Below, in pieces: positions 54,763 to 64,000 of a DNA stretch of 64,000 bases. The notes under the pieces are model-generated. The model did no database searches. It was not told the DNA's origin and worked only from the letters and a program-made list of their open reading frames with translations. The DNA is from Candidatus Latescibacterota bacterium (GTDB lineage Bacteria; Latescibacterota; UBA2968; GCA-2709665). The stretch is taken from assembly GCA_965219455.1 (NCBI GenBank), contig OZ244744.1, positions 4,256,001 through 4,320,000 of the forward strand, read 5' to 3'. Within the stretch, counting starts at the first letter, position 1; each line of letters starts with the position of its first letter. A program made the position numbers and the translations under genes.

Positions 54763-56994
54763 ATGCGCATTCTGGTACTGGCTTTTCTTTTTCCGGGCGG
54801 GGTGTGGGCGGCCACCTTGAGCGGATTCGTGACAGACGGCACCAGCGGGGAGTCGCTTCCCTATTCGAATGTGGTCTTGAGAGGAGGGCCGCCGCCGCTG
54901 GGCGCGTTGAGCAACGTGGACGGGTATTACGCGGTCCAGCATATTCCTCCCGGTGAGTATACAATCGTCGTTTCTTACATCGGATACCGAAGCTACGCCG
55001 ATACGATTCGTTTTTCCGGGGCCGAGTTGCGGGAGTTGAATGTGCAGTTGATTCCCGAACCGATTTTATCCCGGGAGATCGTGGTTGAAGGGGACCCGTA
55101 CGAGGCGGAGCGAAATGTACAGACGGGTTTTGTGACGCTGGAGACGGCGCAGTTGCAGGAGTTGCCCGCCGTTGGCGAAACGGACCTGCTGCGCAGCCTT
55201 CAGTTGCTGCCCGGAATACAGGCGGCTTCGGATTTCAGCAGCGGGTTGTATATCCGCGGCGGCGGACCGGACCAGACGCTGATCCTGCTGGATCAGATCC
55301 CGCTGTATAATCCGACGTACGCGTTCGGCTTTTTCTCTACGTTCAATCCCGACGCCATTAAGGATATGAGCCTGCACAAAGGCGCCTATCCGGCCCAATA
55401 CGGCGGGCGGCTCGGTTCCGTTCTGGACGTGCGCAACCGCGACGGCAACCGGAAGGGATTCGAGGGAACGGGGGGGATCAGCCTGATATCCGCGCGAATG
55501 ACCCTGGAGGGACCGGCGGGCGACGGTTCCTGGATGGTCTCCGGCCGGCGGACGTATCTGGAACCGGTTCTTTCCCTGATAAGGGACGAGGACACCGATG
55601 TGCCGTACTATTATTTTTACGATACCAATGCAAAGTTCAATCATGATTTCGGGGATCACGACAAGCTGATGTTCAGCGGATATTTCGGACGGGACGACTT
55701 GAAAATCGACCTGGAGGACGGGAGTTTTTTCAACGTACGGTGGGGCAACACGGCCTTCACTGGCCGATGGACCCATGTGTTTTCGCCCGCGGTTTTCGGA
55801 AATCTCGTGGTCTCGGGAAGCAAATACGAAAGTAACACGGAAGTACGGGTGATCGAGACCCCCATACGGTTTTCCAACGGGATTCTGGATGTCACGATCA
55901 AGGGTGATCTGGACTTTTTCGCGAGCAGCCGACATTCGTTGAATTCCGGGTTTCTGGCCACCTGGTTCGACTTCGCGTTCAAACAGAGTTTCAATCAGGT
56001 CGATCAATTGGATATCCGCGAGCAGCCGTTTCTGTTTTCGGCATATGCGCAGGATCTCTGGCAGCCGCGGGCGGAGACCAGCGTGAGGTTGGGCGCGCGC
56101 GCGAACTATAGATTCAGCGAAGGCGACCGGCTTCACGTCGAGCCTCGATTTGCCCTTAGCCACGGTCTCACGCCGACGTTGAGGCTGAAGGTGGGCGGCG
56201 GGTCATACAGACAGTACATCCAGCTGGTGACGACCGAGGCCTTCAGCGGTGGCGATTTCTGGGTCCCTCTCGACCAGACCGTGGAGCCTGGCCGTTCCTG
56301 GCAGGGGGTGACGGGCGTGGAATGGGAACCGTCGAAGCGGTATCAGTTCACGTTGGAAGGATACTATACCGACTTTGCAAACCTGGTGCTGATCGACAAC
56401 AACGTCGCCGTCGGCTCCGAAGGGGGGACCTCCGAAGACGCGTTTCTGAGCGGCGGCACCGGAGTCGCTACCGGGCTTGAGTTCTTCCTGCAGAGGCGCA
56501 CGGGGTCGATTACCGGTTGGATCGGATATACGCTGGGTTGGACGCGCCGGCAATTTGCGGAGTTGAACGACGGGAAAAGGTTCCCGCCAAAGTACGATCG
56601 GCGGCACGATCTCTCTTTTGTGAGCAACTGGCGCGTGGGCAGGTGGACCTTTGGCGCCAACCTGCTGTACGCGACGGGGCAGGCGTTTACACCGGCGTCC
56701 GCGGTATACGGATTGAGGCGGCCCGCCGAGCCCGAAGCGAGAACCGGGAACTATGCGCTGCCGGCGGACCGGAACAGCGCGCGGTTGTTGCCGTACCACA
56801 GGCTGGACCTGAGCGTCAAGCGTGGAATCCGTGTTTTCGGGGTGGACGCGGAGGCGTACATTCAGGTATTTAACGTCTATAGCCGCCGCAACGAATGGTT
56901 CGTCCAATTCGATCCGGACGCAATTCAAACCGATCCGGAGGTCGTGAAGATGTTGCCGATCGTACCGACGTTGGGCATCAACTATGCCTTTTGA
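54763..56994 (+). CDS. TonB-dependent receptor with N-terminal carboxypeptidase-regulatory-like domain
   Basis: Signal peptide; SGFVTD..SGESL; plug LQLLPG..YIRGG; GAYPAQYGGRL; YHRLDL; C-terminal F. Confidence 0.92.
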   Translation: MRILVLAFLFPGGVWAATLSGFVTDGTSGESLPYSNVVLRGGPPPLGALSNVDGYYAVQHIPPGEYTIVVSYIGYRSYADTIRFSGAELRELNVQLIPEPILSREIVVEGDPYEAERNVQTGFVTLETAQLQELPAVGETDLLRSLQLLPGIQAASDFSSGLYIRGGGPDQTLILLDQIPLYNPTYAFGFFSTFNPDAIKDMSLHKGAYPAQYGGRLGSVLDVRNRDGNRKGFEGTGGISLISARMTLEGPAGDGSWMVSGRRTYLEPVLSLIRDEDTDVPYYYFYDTNAKFNHDFGDHDKLMFSGYFGRDDLKIDLEDGSFFNVRWGNTAFTGRWTHVFSPAVFGNLVVSGSKYESNTEVRVIETPIRFSNGILDVTIKGDLDFFASSRHSLNSGFLATWFDFAFKQSFNQVDQLDIREQPFLFSAYAQDLWQPRAETSVRLGARANYRFSEGDRLHVEPRFALSHGLTPTLRLKVGGGSYRQYIQLVTTEAFSGGDFWVPLDQTVEPGRSWQGVTGVEWEPSKRYQFTLEGYYTDFANLVLIDNNVAVGSEGGTSEDAFLSGGTGVATGLEFFLQRRTGSITGWIGYTLGWTRRQFAELNDGKRFPPKYDRRHDLSFVSNWRVGRWTFGANLLYATGQAFTPASAVYGLRRPAEPEARTGNYALPADRNSARLLPYHRLDLSVKRGIRVFGVDAEAYIQVFNVYSRRNEWFVQFDPDAIQTDPEVVKMLPIVPTLGINYAF

Positions 56995-57087
56995 TAGCCG
57001 AATGGAATTGAGGTCGCCGAATTCACTATGGGCGCGCTTTTCGTGGCTTCCTGATTTCTTACCTATGTCCCGGCACGGGAGATCCTT

Positions 57088-58020
57088 GTGATGAATTCGC
57101 GGATTGCAGCCCATAAACGCTTGGCTGTCGCATGCTGCTTTCTGATAGCCGCCTGTCAGGCCGATCGGACGAACGAGTCATTGTTCGGCCCGAACGGGGC
57201 GGGCGAACTCGTGCTTGACGGGCTGCTGATTGTGGGGCGGCCGCTTCCGCCGGTATTCGTGACGCAGACGGTGGCTTCAGTCGACCGCGACAGGCCGAGG
57301 AATGCCGTGGTGCCGGATGCCGTCGTGGAAATACGGAATGGGGAACGTGTCTATCGGTACGTGCGGGATCCCGATGCAAATCCGTTTCAGTATTCGCCGC
57401 CCGCCAATTCGCTGGTTGTATCCCCGGATACGAAGTATGTTCTGGTCGTAACGGCAACCGGCAGGACGGCGCGGGCGACGACGATCACTCCCGGCCCGTT
57501 CCGGGTGCGGGAGGGCGTGGTTCTGGATGCGAAGACCGAAGAGATTCAGCGGAGACTGAAGGGGTTTGCCGAAGTGGCGGATGGGGTCTTTCTTGCGCCG
57601 GAGAACCGGGTGGTTTACAGGACCGGGTTTCTGGAGGCCAGGTTCGACCCCATCGATGTCCCGGGTTACCAGGTCGGTATTGTGAGTCTGGACCCGGATG
57701 CAGACGCGCTGGACCGCGGGCCGTTCGACGACGCCCCGGTTCGCACGGGCAGTTCACCGGCGATTGAGTCGACGGACGGTACAGTCAGGCTGCCCTGGTT
57801 CGCGATCTATTTTTCGGGGCGACACCTGATGCGGATTTACGCGGTGGACCGGAACTGGTACGACTATGTGCGCTCGGGGCCGGAGGCGCAGGAGGGGTGG
57901 TTCGGGGGGCTCGCGGGCGAGAGTTTCAGGCGGCCGCTCTTCCACGTGGAGGGCGGGATCGGACTCTTTGGGTCCGCATCCGTGGATTCCCTCGGGTTCG
58001 TCGTGGTCGACGAACCGTGA
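57088..58020 (+). CDS. DUF4249-like lipoprotein
   Basis: Lipobox LIAAC; follows the TonB receptor; C-terminal VEGGIGLFGS. Confidence 0.75.
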   Translation: MMNSRIAAHKRLAVACCFLIAACQADRTNESLFGPNGAGELVLDGLLIVGRPLPPVFVTQTVASVDRDRPRNAVVPDAVVEIRNGERVYRYVRDPDANPFQYSPPANSLVVSPDTKYVLVVTATGRTARATTITPGPFRVREGVVLDAKTEEIQRRLKGFAEVADGVFLAPENRVVYRTGFLEARFDPIDVPGYQVGIVSLDPDADALDRGPFDDAPVRTGSSPAIESTDGTVRLPWFAIYFSGRHLMRIYAVDRNWYDYVRSGPEAQEGWFGGLAGESFRRPLFHVEGGIGLFGSASVDSLGFVVVDEP

Positions 58021-58049
58021 GGGCCGGAGATGCAATCACGCTTCGACCA

Positions 58050-58080
58050 GGCTCGGCGGAACTCCCGCCGGGCTTTTTCT
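58050..58080 (+). terminator. Rho-independent terminator
   Basis: GCTCGGCGG-AACTC-CCGCCGGGC-TTTTT. Confidence 0.7.
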
Positions 58081-58082
58081 AT

Positions 58083-59867
58083 TTACGGCAGCGGTCGACC
58101 GAACGACCTCGCGAATTCAATGAAATCGGTGAAGTCAACCCGGTTGTCACCGTTCAGATCGTAGGTTGTATCATCCGTGTTGAAAGCTCTCGCAAAACCG
58201 ATAAAGTCGGTGAAATCGACACTCCCGTCGCCGTTGAAATCGGTGCGGGGATTGGCGAATACGACTTCGGGGGGCGGACGCTCCTCCAGGATTTCCAGGG
58301 TCTGGTTGGGCTCAACCTCCCTGATCGTCTGGACAATGCCACTGGGCCAGCGGATGTTGATGGAGTCAATCACGGCGCTGGTGCCGATGCCGAACGTCGG
58401 CCAAAGGCTGTGCTGTGAGAAACTGCTGCCCCCGCTGGCAACGTCGCGAATCTGGGTCCTGCCGCCCGCGGTCAGCCGGATTCTGGCGCCGATGGCCGAC
58501 CGGTTGCTTTCGGTGCCCTCCAGTTTCAGACGGAGCCAGTTGTTGTCGTCGTCCTTTTTCGTAAACAGCAGCGGATAACCCGTCCGGTCATTCGTTCCGG
58601 CGTTTGCGACGAAAATATCCACGTGGCCGTCGTTATTGACGTCGCCGGTCGCAACGCCAACCGCAATGGTGGGCCTTCCGGTATCGTCAACCGTACTCAG
58701 ACCGTAGCGTGCCGTGGAATCCCTGAACGCGCCGGCCCCGTCATTGATCAGGAGGTGGCCCGGGTTGTACCATGCCCCTAGCATTTCGAAGTTGCCCACG
58801 TAGTATAGATCCAGGTCGCCATCGTTGTCGAAATCCGTAAAGACCGTTCCCCAGCCGAATTCCAATTCGGCTAGTTTGCGATTGTCCGCAATTTCCAGTA
58901 CCTCGGCAATATTGGTGAATACACCCTGGTCGTTGCGGAAGAATCCGTGCAGATCATATTCCTGGTGGCCTTTCTTGTCCACGAAGGAGCCGCCGACGTT
59001 GGTGGCGAAAAAGTCGAAATCGCCGTCCAGGTCGTAGTCTCCGAACGCAAGCCCCATCCAGCTTCCCGTGATTCCCAGGCCGGCATCCCTGGTAACGTCC
59101 GTGAATCTCAGGTTGCCGTCGTTCCTGTGCAGCCGGATGGGAGACCATTCGCCGTCCAGCGCAATACCCTGGTCGTTGGCCGTAAACAGGTCCGGGTCTC
59201 CGTCGTCGTCATAGTCGCAGAAGCGGACGGACCATGTATACGTACCTTCGGTGCCGGTTTCATCGGTAATGTCCTTGAATGTGAGATCGCCGTTGTTGAG
59301 ATAGAGTTCGCCTGTGCCCACGATTCTGTTCTCCTCCACGCCACCCTCACCGCCCGCGCCGCCCACGTAGATGTCCACGTATCCGTCGTTGTCGACGTCC
59401 GCAAATGCTACGGTGGATGAGAAGTAATCGGAGACGATGCCCGCCGACTCCGCGATGTTCTCAAACGTCCCGTCGCCGTTGTTCAGAAAGAGGTAATTGT
59501 GCCCGTCCGTGGCCACGAAGAGATCCGCGTCGCCGTCGTTGTCGATATCGGCGCTGGCCACGCCGTGTGTCTCAACCGTGACAGCCACGCCCGCCTCCCT
59601 GCCGACGTCCCGGAAATTGCCGCTCCCGTCGTTTTCCAACAGGTAGTTGCGATATGCAGGACCGTGTCCGTGACCGTTTGCGACGTAGACGTCCAGGTCG
59701 CCGTCGTTGTCGTAGTCGAACATCGCGGCGCCGGGAAGCCCGCCCATTTCGTCACGGAAGCTGATTTCGTGCGGAAAATCGTACAGAAATGGGCCCTCGT
59801 TCTGCGCTGCGGCGGAAGAACACAGCGTGATTGAAACAAAAAATGAAAACAAACCGCGTCTCGTCAT
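58083..59867 (-). CDS. Secreted FG-GAP repeat / ASPIC-UnbV (CRTAC1-like) protein with C-terminal dockerin/EF-hand-like pair
   Basis: Signal peptide; 7 DxDxDGDxD repeats; SNRSAIGARI...FGIG..IRWPSG; DFNGDGSVDFTDF / DLNGDNRVDFTDF. Confidence 0.9.
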   Translation of the reverse strand: MTRRGLFSFFVSITLCSSAAAQNEGPFLYDFPHEISFRDEMGGLPGAAMFDYDNDGDLDVYVANGHGHGPAYRNYLLENDGSGNFRDVGREAGVAVTVETHGVASADIDNDGDADLFVATDGHNYLFLNNGDGTFENIAESAGIVSDYFSSTVAFADVDNDGYVDIYVGGAGGEGGVEENRIVGTGELYLNNGDLTFKDITDETGTEGTYTWSVRFCDYDDDGDPDLFTANDQGIALDGEWSPIRLHRNDGNLRFTDVTRDAGLGITGSWMGLAFGDYDLDGDFDFFATNVGGSFVDKKGHQEYDLHGFFRNDQGVFTNIAEVLEIADNRKLAELEFGWGTVFTDFDNDGDLDLYYVGNFEMLGAWYNPGHLLINDGAGAFRDSTARYGLSTVDDTGRPTIAVGVATGDVNNDGHVDIFVANAGTNDRTGYPLLFTKKDDDNNWLRLKLEGTESNRSAIGARIRLTAGGRTQIRDVASGGSSFSQHSLWPTFGIGTSAVIDSINIRWPSGIVQTIREVEPNQTLEILEERPPPEVVFANPRTDFNGDGSVDFTDFIGFARAFNTDDTTYDLNGDNRVDFTDFIEFARSFGRPLP

Positions 59868-59968
59868 GCGTGAATCCTCCAGAGAGATTACCCGGCATTG
59901 TTCAGCGAAAAAATAACACAGAAACGAGAAGATCTGTCAAGGAAGGAATGGATTTTGGACGTTGAGAT

Positions 59969-61960
59969 TCAAGCCCATCCATGTACATGATGGCCCCCTC
60001 CGGGAAACCAGATCAGATCGATCAGAAAGGAGACCAGAACACCCGTAGCCCGGCCGACGATGATTCCGAAAAAGAGGGGACGGAAAAAGCGATACAGCTG
60101 TACGCCGCCAACGCGCATGACGATGGCTTTGAAGAGCCAGACGATGAGAATGGCGGTGATTTCGTGCAGGAGGCTGGTGGTGGTGACGATAAAGCCCACG
60201 GGATGCAGCGGCCACCACGGCAGGCGGTAGCGCAGAAGCGTGAGGACCGCCATGAGGATGCCGCCGAAGGCGAATAGTACGACGCGTTCCCACGAGGCCG
60301 GTTCGGGCGATTTGATATTCGAGACGACGGCGTCGTAAAGGCGGGGCGCGTACCTTGTGAAGGGGTACTCCGTAAAGTTGAACGCCCCGTATTTATATCC
60401 GAGGTAGAGCACCATCCAGATGTTTACGGCCAGCGCGGTAAGCAGGCCCCCGAGCGCGGCCCAGAACAGGATGCGGCGGTTACCCCGCGCGCGGTCGAGG
60501 GCTTTCGCACCCTGGGAAAGAGCCGGCATGAAATACATCCATCGCAGCGCGTGCGACGTGGCCGAGGCCGTAAGGACCCTGGCGGAAATGGTCTCGGTGC
60601 CCAGTACCTGGTAACCCATGTCCAGGGGGCTGGTCGGAAGGCCCAGGTACAGGGTGCCGGACTCACAGACGAACCGCGCCAGCGCGATGTAGATGATAAT
60701 CGACGCCGGAACGGTGATGGCCATCAGTGCCAGTTCGATCCCCGCCTGGTGCAGCCATGCGACAATGTAGAGGTTGCCCAGAATGAACCCGATGACGGCC
60801 GTGCGATAAGAGAGTATTTCGTTGGAATCATCCACGTCGGATTCATTGAAGAATGCCTTGCGGAACACGTCCCGGAGGTGGTGTCGCGCCGACCAGAAAC
60901 CCCAGGCCACAAAGACGAAGAGCGCGCCCAGGCATTGCCACTGGACGAGCGGATCGCCCCATCCGCCGCCGGATTTGTGCATGCGGCCGAACTGGAAGCC
61001 GGTTTTTCGAATCAGGGCGATCTCGGACATCAGCAGGAAATGGAAGAACCAGATTGAGAAGAGGATTTCCAGCTTCACGAAGTAACCGAAGCCGATCGTG
61101 TACGTATTGATGTGGGTGAGCAGAGGCGGAAAAATCCGGGCAAAGTAGAACAGGCCCCCGTTGGGACTCACGCTGATGCGGGGCCACGTGGGCTGAAAAT
61201 ACGTAATCATGTTCCAGCCGATAATGCCGAAGGTGATCCCGAAGCCAATCCAGAAAAGGCGGCCCTTAAAGAGGTCCGGCCATTTGTTTTTGCCCGACGC
61301 GTCATGGATGTCGTCGATGGTTTCGAGAATGGGTGCGAGGAGGGGATAATCCAGTCGTTCGTATTCAACCCACTGTTTTCGCAGGATCGCCGCGATGCAG
61401 GCGCAGACGGTGAACCCCGCCAGAATGAGCGTGAGCCACCAGAAGAGCGGGAGGTACCACACATTCCAGGGGATGTCCGCACCCGACGGCAGCCCTTCGT
61501 AGAGCAGGGTTGTCTGCCGGCCGTCGTTGGTAGGGAAAAGATAGTCCGGAAGATGAGGTTGAATGAAGTCGATCCAGCCGTTTTCTGGCGTGCTGCGGTA
61601 GTATGGAACGGCCATCAGGCCCAGCCAGATGCCGGTGAGCCCCCGGGCGGGGATCATCGCGGCCACAAGGCCCATTGCAATGATCGTGAGCATTTCCGAG
61701 GAACCCAGGCCGGACGATCCGGGCCTCCTGCGAAGGATCAGGTTGATCGTGAGGACGACAAGGAAAATGGCGAGAAAGGAGACGGGCAGGTGTGTGATAT
61801 TGACCGATGACGTATCTGCCGCGGTGCGCGAATAGGCGATCCAGCCGCTGGTGAGGGCCGATACAATGACGCCTATTCCCACCGAACGGAGCGTGATGCC
61901 CCGATCCTGGAGGTCGGCGTTCGATTCGAAGGGAGGCTCTTGCGGTTTTGGCAGTGCCAT
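59969..61960 (-). CDS. Large polytopic membrane protein (DUF6785/DUF6784-like, putative transporter)
   Basis: IPWNVW..PLFWW, LRKQWVEYERLDYPL, SIWFF, WWPLHPVG, RPLFFG motifs; more than 15 TM segments. Confidence 0.72.
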   Translation of the reverse strand: MALPKPQEPPFESNADLQDRGITLRSVGIGVIVSALTSGWIAYSRTAADTSSVNITHLPVSFLAIFLVVLTINLILRRRPGSSGLGSSEMLTIIAMGLVAAMIPARGLTGIWLGLMAVPYYRSTPENGWIDFIQPHLPDYLFPTNDGRQTTLLYEGLPSGADIPWNVWYLPLFWWLTLILAGFTVCACIAAILRKQWVEYERLDYPLLAPILETIDDIHDASGKNKWPDLFKGRLFWIGFGITFGIIGWNMITYFQPTWPRISVSPNGGLFYFARIFPPLLTHINTYTIGFGYFVKLEILFSIWFFHFLLMSEIALIRKTGFQFGRMHKSGGGWGDPLVQWQCLGALFVFVAWGFWSARHHLRDVFRKAFFNESDVDDSNEILSYRTAVIGFILGNLYIVAWLHQAGIELALMAITVPASIIIYIALARFVCESGTLYLGLPTSPLDMGYQVLGTETISARVLTASATSHALRWMYFMPALSQGAKALDRARGNRRILFWAALGGLLTALAVNIWMVLYLGYKYGAFNFTEYPFTRYAPRLYDAVVSNIKSPEPASWERVVLFAFGGILMAVLTLLRYRLPWWPLHPVGFIVTTTSLLHEITAILIVWLFKAIVMRVGGVQLYRFFRPLFFGIIVGRATGVLVSFLIDLIWFPGGGHHVHGWA

Positions 61961-62023
61961 GTGGTGGGATTGTTGTTAAATTCAAGTAGGCCAGGTGGTG
62001 TACGGGCTTGCCTGTGGGGGCAT

Positions 62024-62103
62024 AAAATAAATGGAACAGGGCGTTTAGTCAAGGAGCGAGGTAAATAAGTACTGTTTACATTTTATCCAGGACCGGGTAT
62101 ATT
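62024..62103. promoter_or_regulatory. Back-to-back sigma70-like promoters
   Basis: Minus: TTGACT (62047-62052)-17 nt-TATTTT (62024-62029); plus: TTTACA (62075-62080)-17 nt-TATATT (62098-62103). Confidence 0.55.
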
Positions 62104-62185
62104 ATTTCCCGAAATTCGAAACTTCTCAGTCGATCCGAATCGCCCGTCTCCCGGGCGCCGCGGGGCCACCCACCGGAGGTCAGGT

Positions 62186-63406
62186 ATGAAGCGACTCTTT
62201 TCGTTACCATTAATTCTTTCCATGATATTTGCGGCCTGCGGCGGCAGCGGGGACACCGTTAGCGGTCCCACCGGCGGTACAGGAGAAGGCACGGGAACGG
62301 GCGGGTCCACCGGAGGACAAAGCAACAGCCAACACGCGCGAGACCCGCAGGCCGGCGGCAACTTTCTGGACGTGGCTTCATTTCCTGTAGACGCAATTGC
62401 AATCGGTTGTGCGGGCGCCGATTGTATACCCGCACTTACCGATCCCGATTTCGTCAGCTCCGGCGCCGCGGGAGCGGGGTATCTGCGAGACGACGATATT
62501 GTGATGGGGATCGTGATTAACGGAGAGCCCAGGGCCTATCCCCACAATATCGGCTGGTGGCACGAGATCATTAACGATACGGCGGGTGACGAGAGCGTGA
62601 TCGTGACGCTCTGCCCGCTGACCGGTACTGGTATGGTATTCAACGGCGTCGCCGCCGATGGCGAACGGATACACGTGGGGGTGTCCGGATTGTTGTTCAA
62701 CAACAACCTGATCATGTACGACCGGCGGGACAGGCAGTCGCTATACCCGCAGATGATCTACAAGGCCGTACTGGGCCCCCGGCAGGGCGAGGAACTGGAG
62801 CTGTTGCCGGTGACCGAGTGTACATGGGAATACTGGAAGCGGGTCCATCCGGATACAAGGGTGATCGACGGAAACGGCACCGGCGCGTCGATTAGCAATT
62901 ACACTGACTATCCATATTTCAGAGAGGATCTGGGAGGGGACTACCGCACTGCAAACGCGTACATCACTTTTCCGAATATGGATACACCCACGTCCAACCT
63001 TTTCGGCGCGAAGGATATGGCAATGGGCGTCCGTTTCGGGGAGATGGTGAAGGCCTATCCCTTCCTGGCCATGCACGACGAGGACGTCATCAATGACGTG
63101 ATTGCGGAAGGGGCCAGACAACATCCCATCCTGGTCGTCCACTACCGGGATGCCCAGTTGGCCATTCCCTTCTCGCGTGAGATCACCGTGAATGGCCAGG
63201 CAACCACGCTGTCCTTCGAACGCGTGAATTCAACCCTGAGCGCATATCCCTTTTTGCTGAAAGACAAAGAGACCGGAACAACCTGGAACCTGAAGGGAGA
63301 GGGCGTGACCGGCACGCACCAGGACAAGAAGCTGACTCAGCTGCCGTCCCACAACGGGTTCTGGTTCGCCTGGGGCACGTTCTGGCAGAACCTGGGTATT
63401 CACTGA
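62186..63406 (+). CDS. DUF3179 domain lipoprotein
   Basis: Lipobox FAAC, G/T linker; IPALTDP, RAYP...HEIIND, TLCPLTGT, SGLLFNNNLIMYDR, FWFAW. Confidence 0.88.
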   Translation: MKRLFSLPLILSMIFAACGGSGDTVSGPTGGTGEGTGTGGSTGGQSNSQHARDPQAGGNFLDVASFPVDAIAIGCAGADCIPALTDPDFVSSGAAGAGYLRDDDIVMGIVINGEPRAYPHNIGWWHEIINDTAGDESVIVTLCPLTGTGMVFNGVAADGERIHVGVSGLLFNNNLIMYDRRDRQSLYPQMIYKAVLGPRQGEELELLPVTECTWEYWKRVHPDTRVIDGNGTGASISNYTDYPYFREDLGGDYRTANAYITFPNMDTPTSNLFGAKDMAMGVRFGEMVKAYPFLAMHDEDVINDVIAEGARQHPILVVHYRDAQLAIPFSREITVNGQATTLSFERVNSTLSAYPFLLKDKETGTTWNLKGEGVTGTHQDKKLTQLPSHNGFWFAWGTFWQNLGIH

Positions 63407-63448
63407 GCGATCGATCGTACTCCTATACATAGGTGCGTTATTGGCGAC

Positions 63449-63482
63449 AAAAAAAGCCCTCGGAGTCATCCGGGGGCCTTTC
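63449..63482. terminator. Terminator hairpin
   Basis: AAAAAAAGCCCTCGGA-GTCA-TCCGGGGGCCTTT. Confidence 0.65.
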
Positions 63483-63624
63483 GTTGGCGCCGCTCGCGAT
63501 ACGTTTGAATTTGTGTTTGGATCTGTAATTCTGCAAATTCATGCGATCTTTTGCGGCGGTGAACCGTTAGAATGGCAAACACGCCTTACTAAGGGTCGGG
63601 CGTCCTGCTACTGAAAGGCCAACG

Positions 63625-63653
63625 TGTCATTCTGAGCGGAGCCGAAGAATCTC
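63625..63653 (+). repeat. REP-like element
   Basis: TGTCATTCTGAGCGGAGCCGAAGAATCTC resembles the widespread GTCATTCTGAGC...GAAGAATC extragenic repeat type (from recall); single copy in this window. Confidence 0.45.
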
Positions 63654-63854
63654 CCGCCCATTCCGTTGTCGGTGTGAAGGGAACTTTCGTTTACGAATGC
63701 GGGCGGACGCATCGTCAACCTGACTGTCTGGGCGAGTCGGTGACTGTTCGGACAGCCATTTGTTCGTCCGGCGACGAAAGCGGAGTCGCGGGGTTGAGCG
63801 TTGCAACGACGTCTTTAATGTGACCTGTTGAGTTCGATCAGGAGGTTTGAGAAG

Positions 63855-64000
63855 ATGCTTCACATGAAACACGACCACAGATGCAGGAGCTGTCTTGTGC
63901 TTTTGTCGGTCTTGACACTTGCCGTTATCGGATGCGGCGCCGCATCCGCATGGGCGGATGCACTTTCTCCGAGGGAGGTCGACGCGGTCTACATCCGCAC
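63855..64000 (+). CDS. Secreted protein, N-terminus only (runs off window)
   Basis: GGAGG at 63841; MLHMKHDHRCRSCLVLLSVLTLAVIGCGAASAWADALSPREVDAVYIR with signal peptide. Confidence 0.6.
   Translation, partial: MLHMKHDHRCRSCLVLLSVLTLAVIGCGAASAWADALSPREVDAVYIR

Noticed and set aside
58083-59867. Repeated GTCGCCGTCGTTGTC-like DNA motifs as a CRISPR or tandem array
   Set aside because: They encode FG-GAP DxDxDGD protein repeats and are irregularly spaced and degenerate.
62186-63406. Selenoprotein form of DUF3179
   Set aside because: The ORF is uninterrupted with Cys (TLCPLT); no in-frame TGA.

Overview
GC-rich bacterial chromosomal window with about 45 protein genes and one tRNA-Thr(CGT). I found no CRISPR array, rRNA, integrase or transposase. 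Gene content (GWxTD-TPR protein, FG-GAP/ASPIC protein with a C-terminal dockerin/EF-hand-like pair, DUF6785-type membrane protein, PhyH, sulfatase, heparinase II/III-like proteins) resembles Latescibacterota/Poribacteria-like FCB or related uncultured lineages; this is inference. Main blocks: (1) 1-2660, a truncated archaeal-type PurA-like gene with altered motifs, absent from the ORF track and divergent from a LysR-kinase pair. (2) 8.6-22.6 kb, a putative lipid synthesis/export locus: GT4, TolC, bifunctional IPCT/CDP-alcohol phosphotransferase, MlaC-like, MMPL, a duplicated membrane protein, GMC, Gfo/Idh/MocA and an archaeal-type polyprenyl synthase. (3) 23.7-51.7 kb, a block of apparently cytoplasmic catabolic enzymes, several with non-canonical active-site motifs. 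(4) 51.8-64 kb, SDR pair, TonB receptor/DUF4249 pair and surface proteins. Three copies of a ~168-bp CTAG-flanked MITE-like element (one rearranged, with a nested REP-like insert) and two candidate structured non-coding RNAs were found by eye. All product calls are from motif recognition, not database searches.
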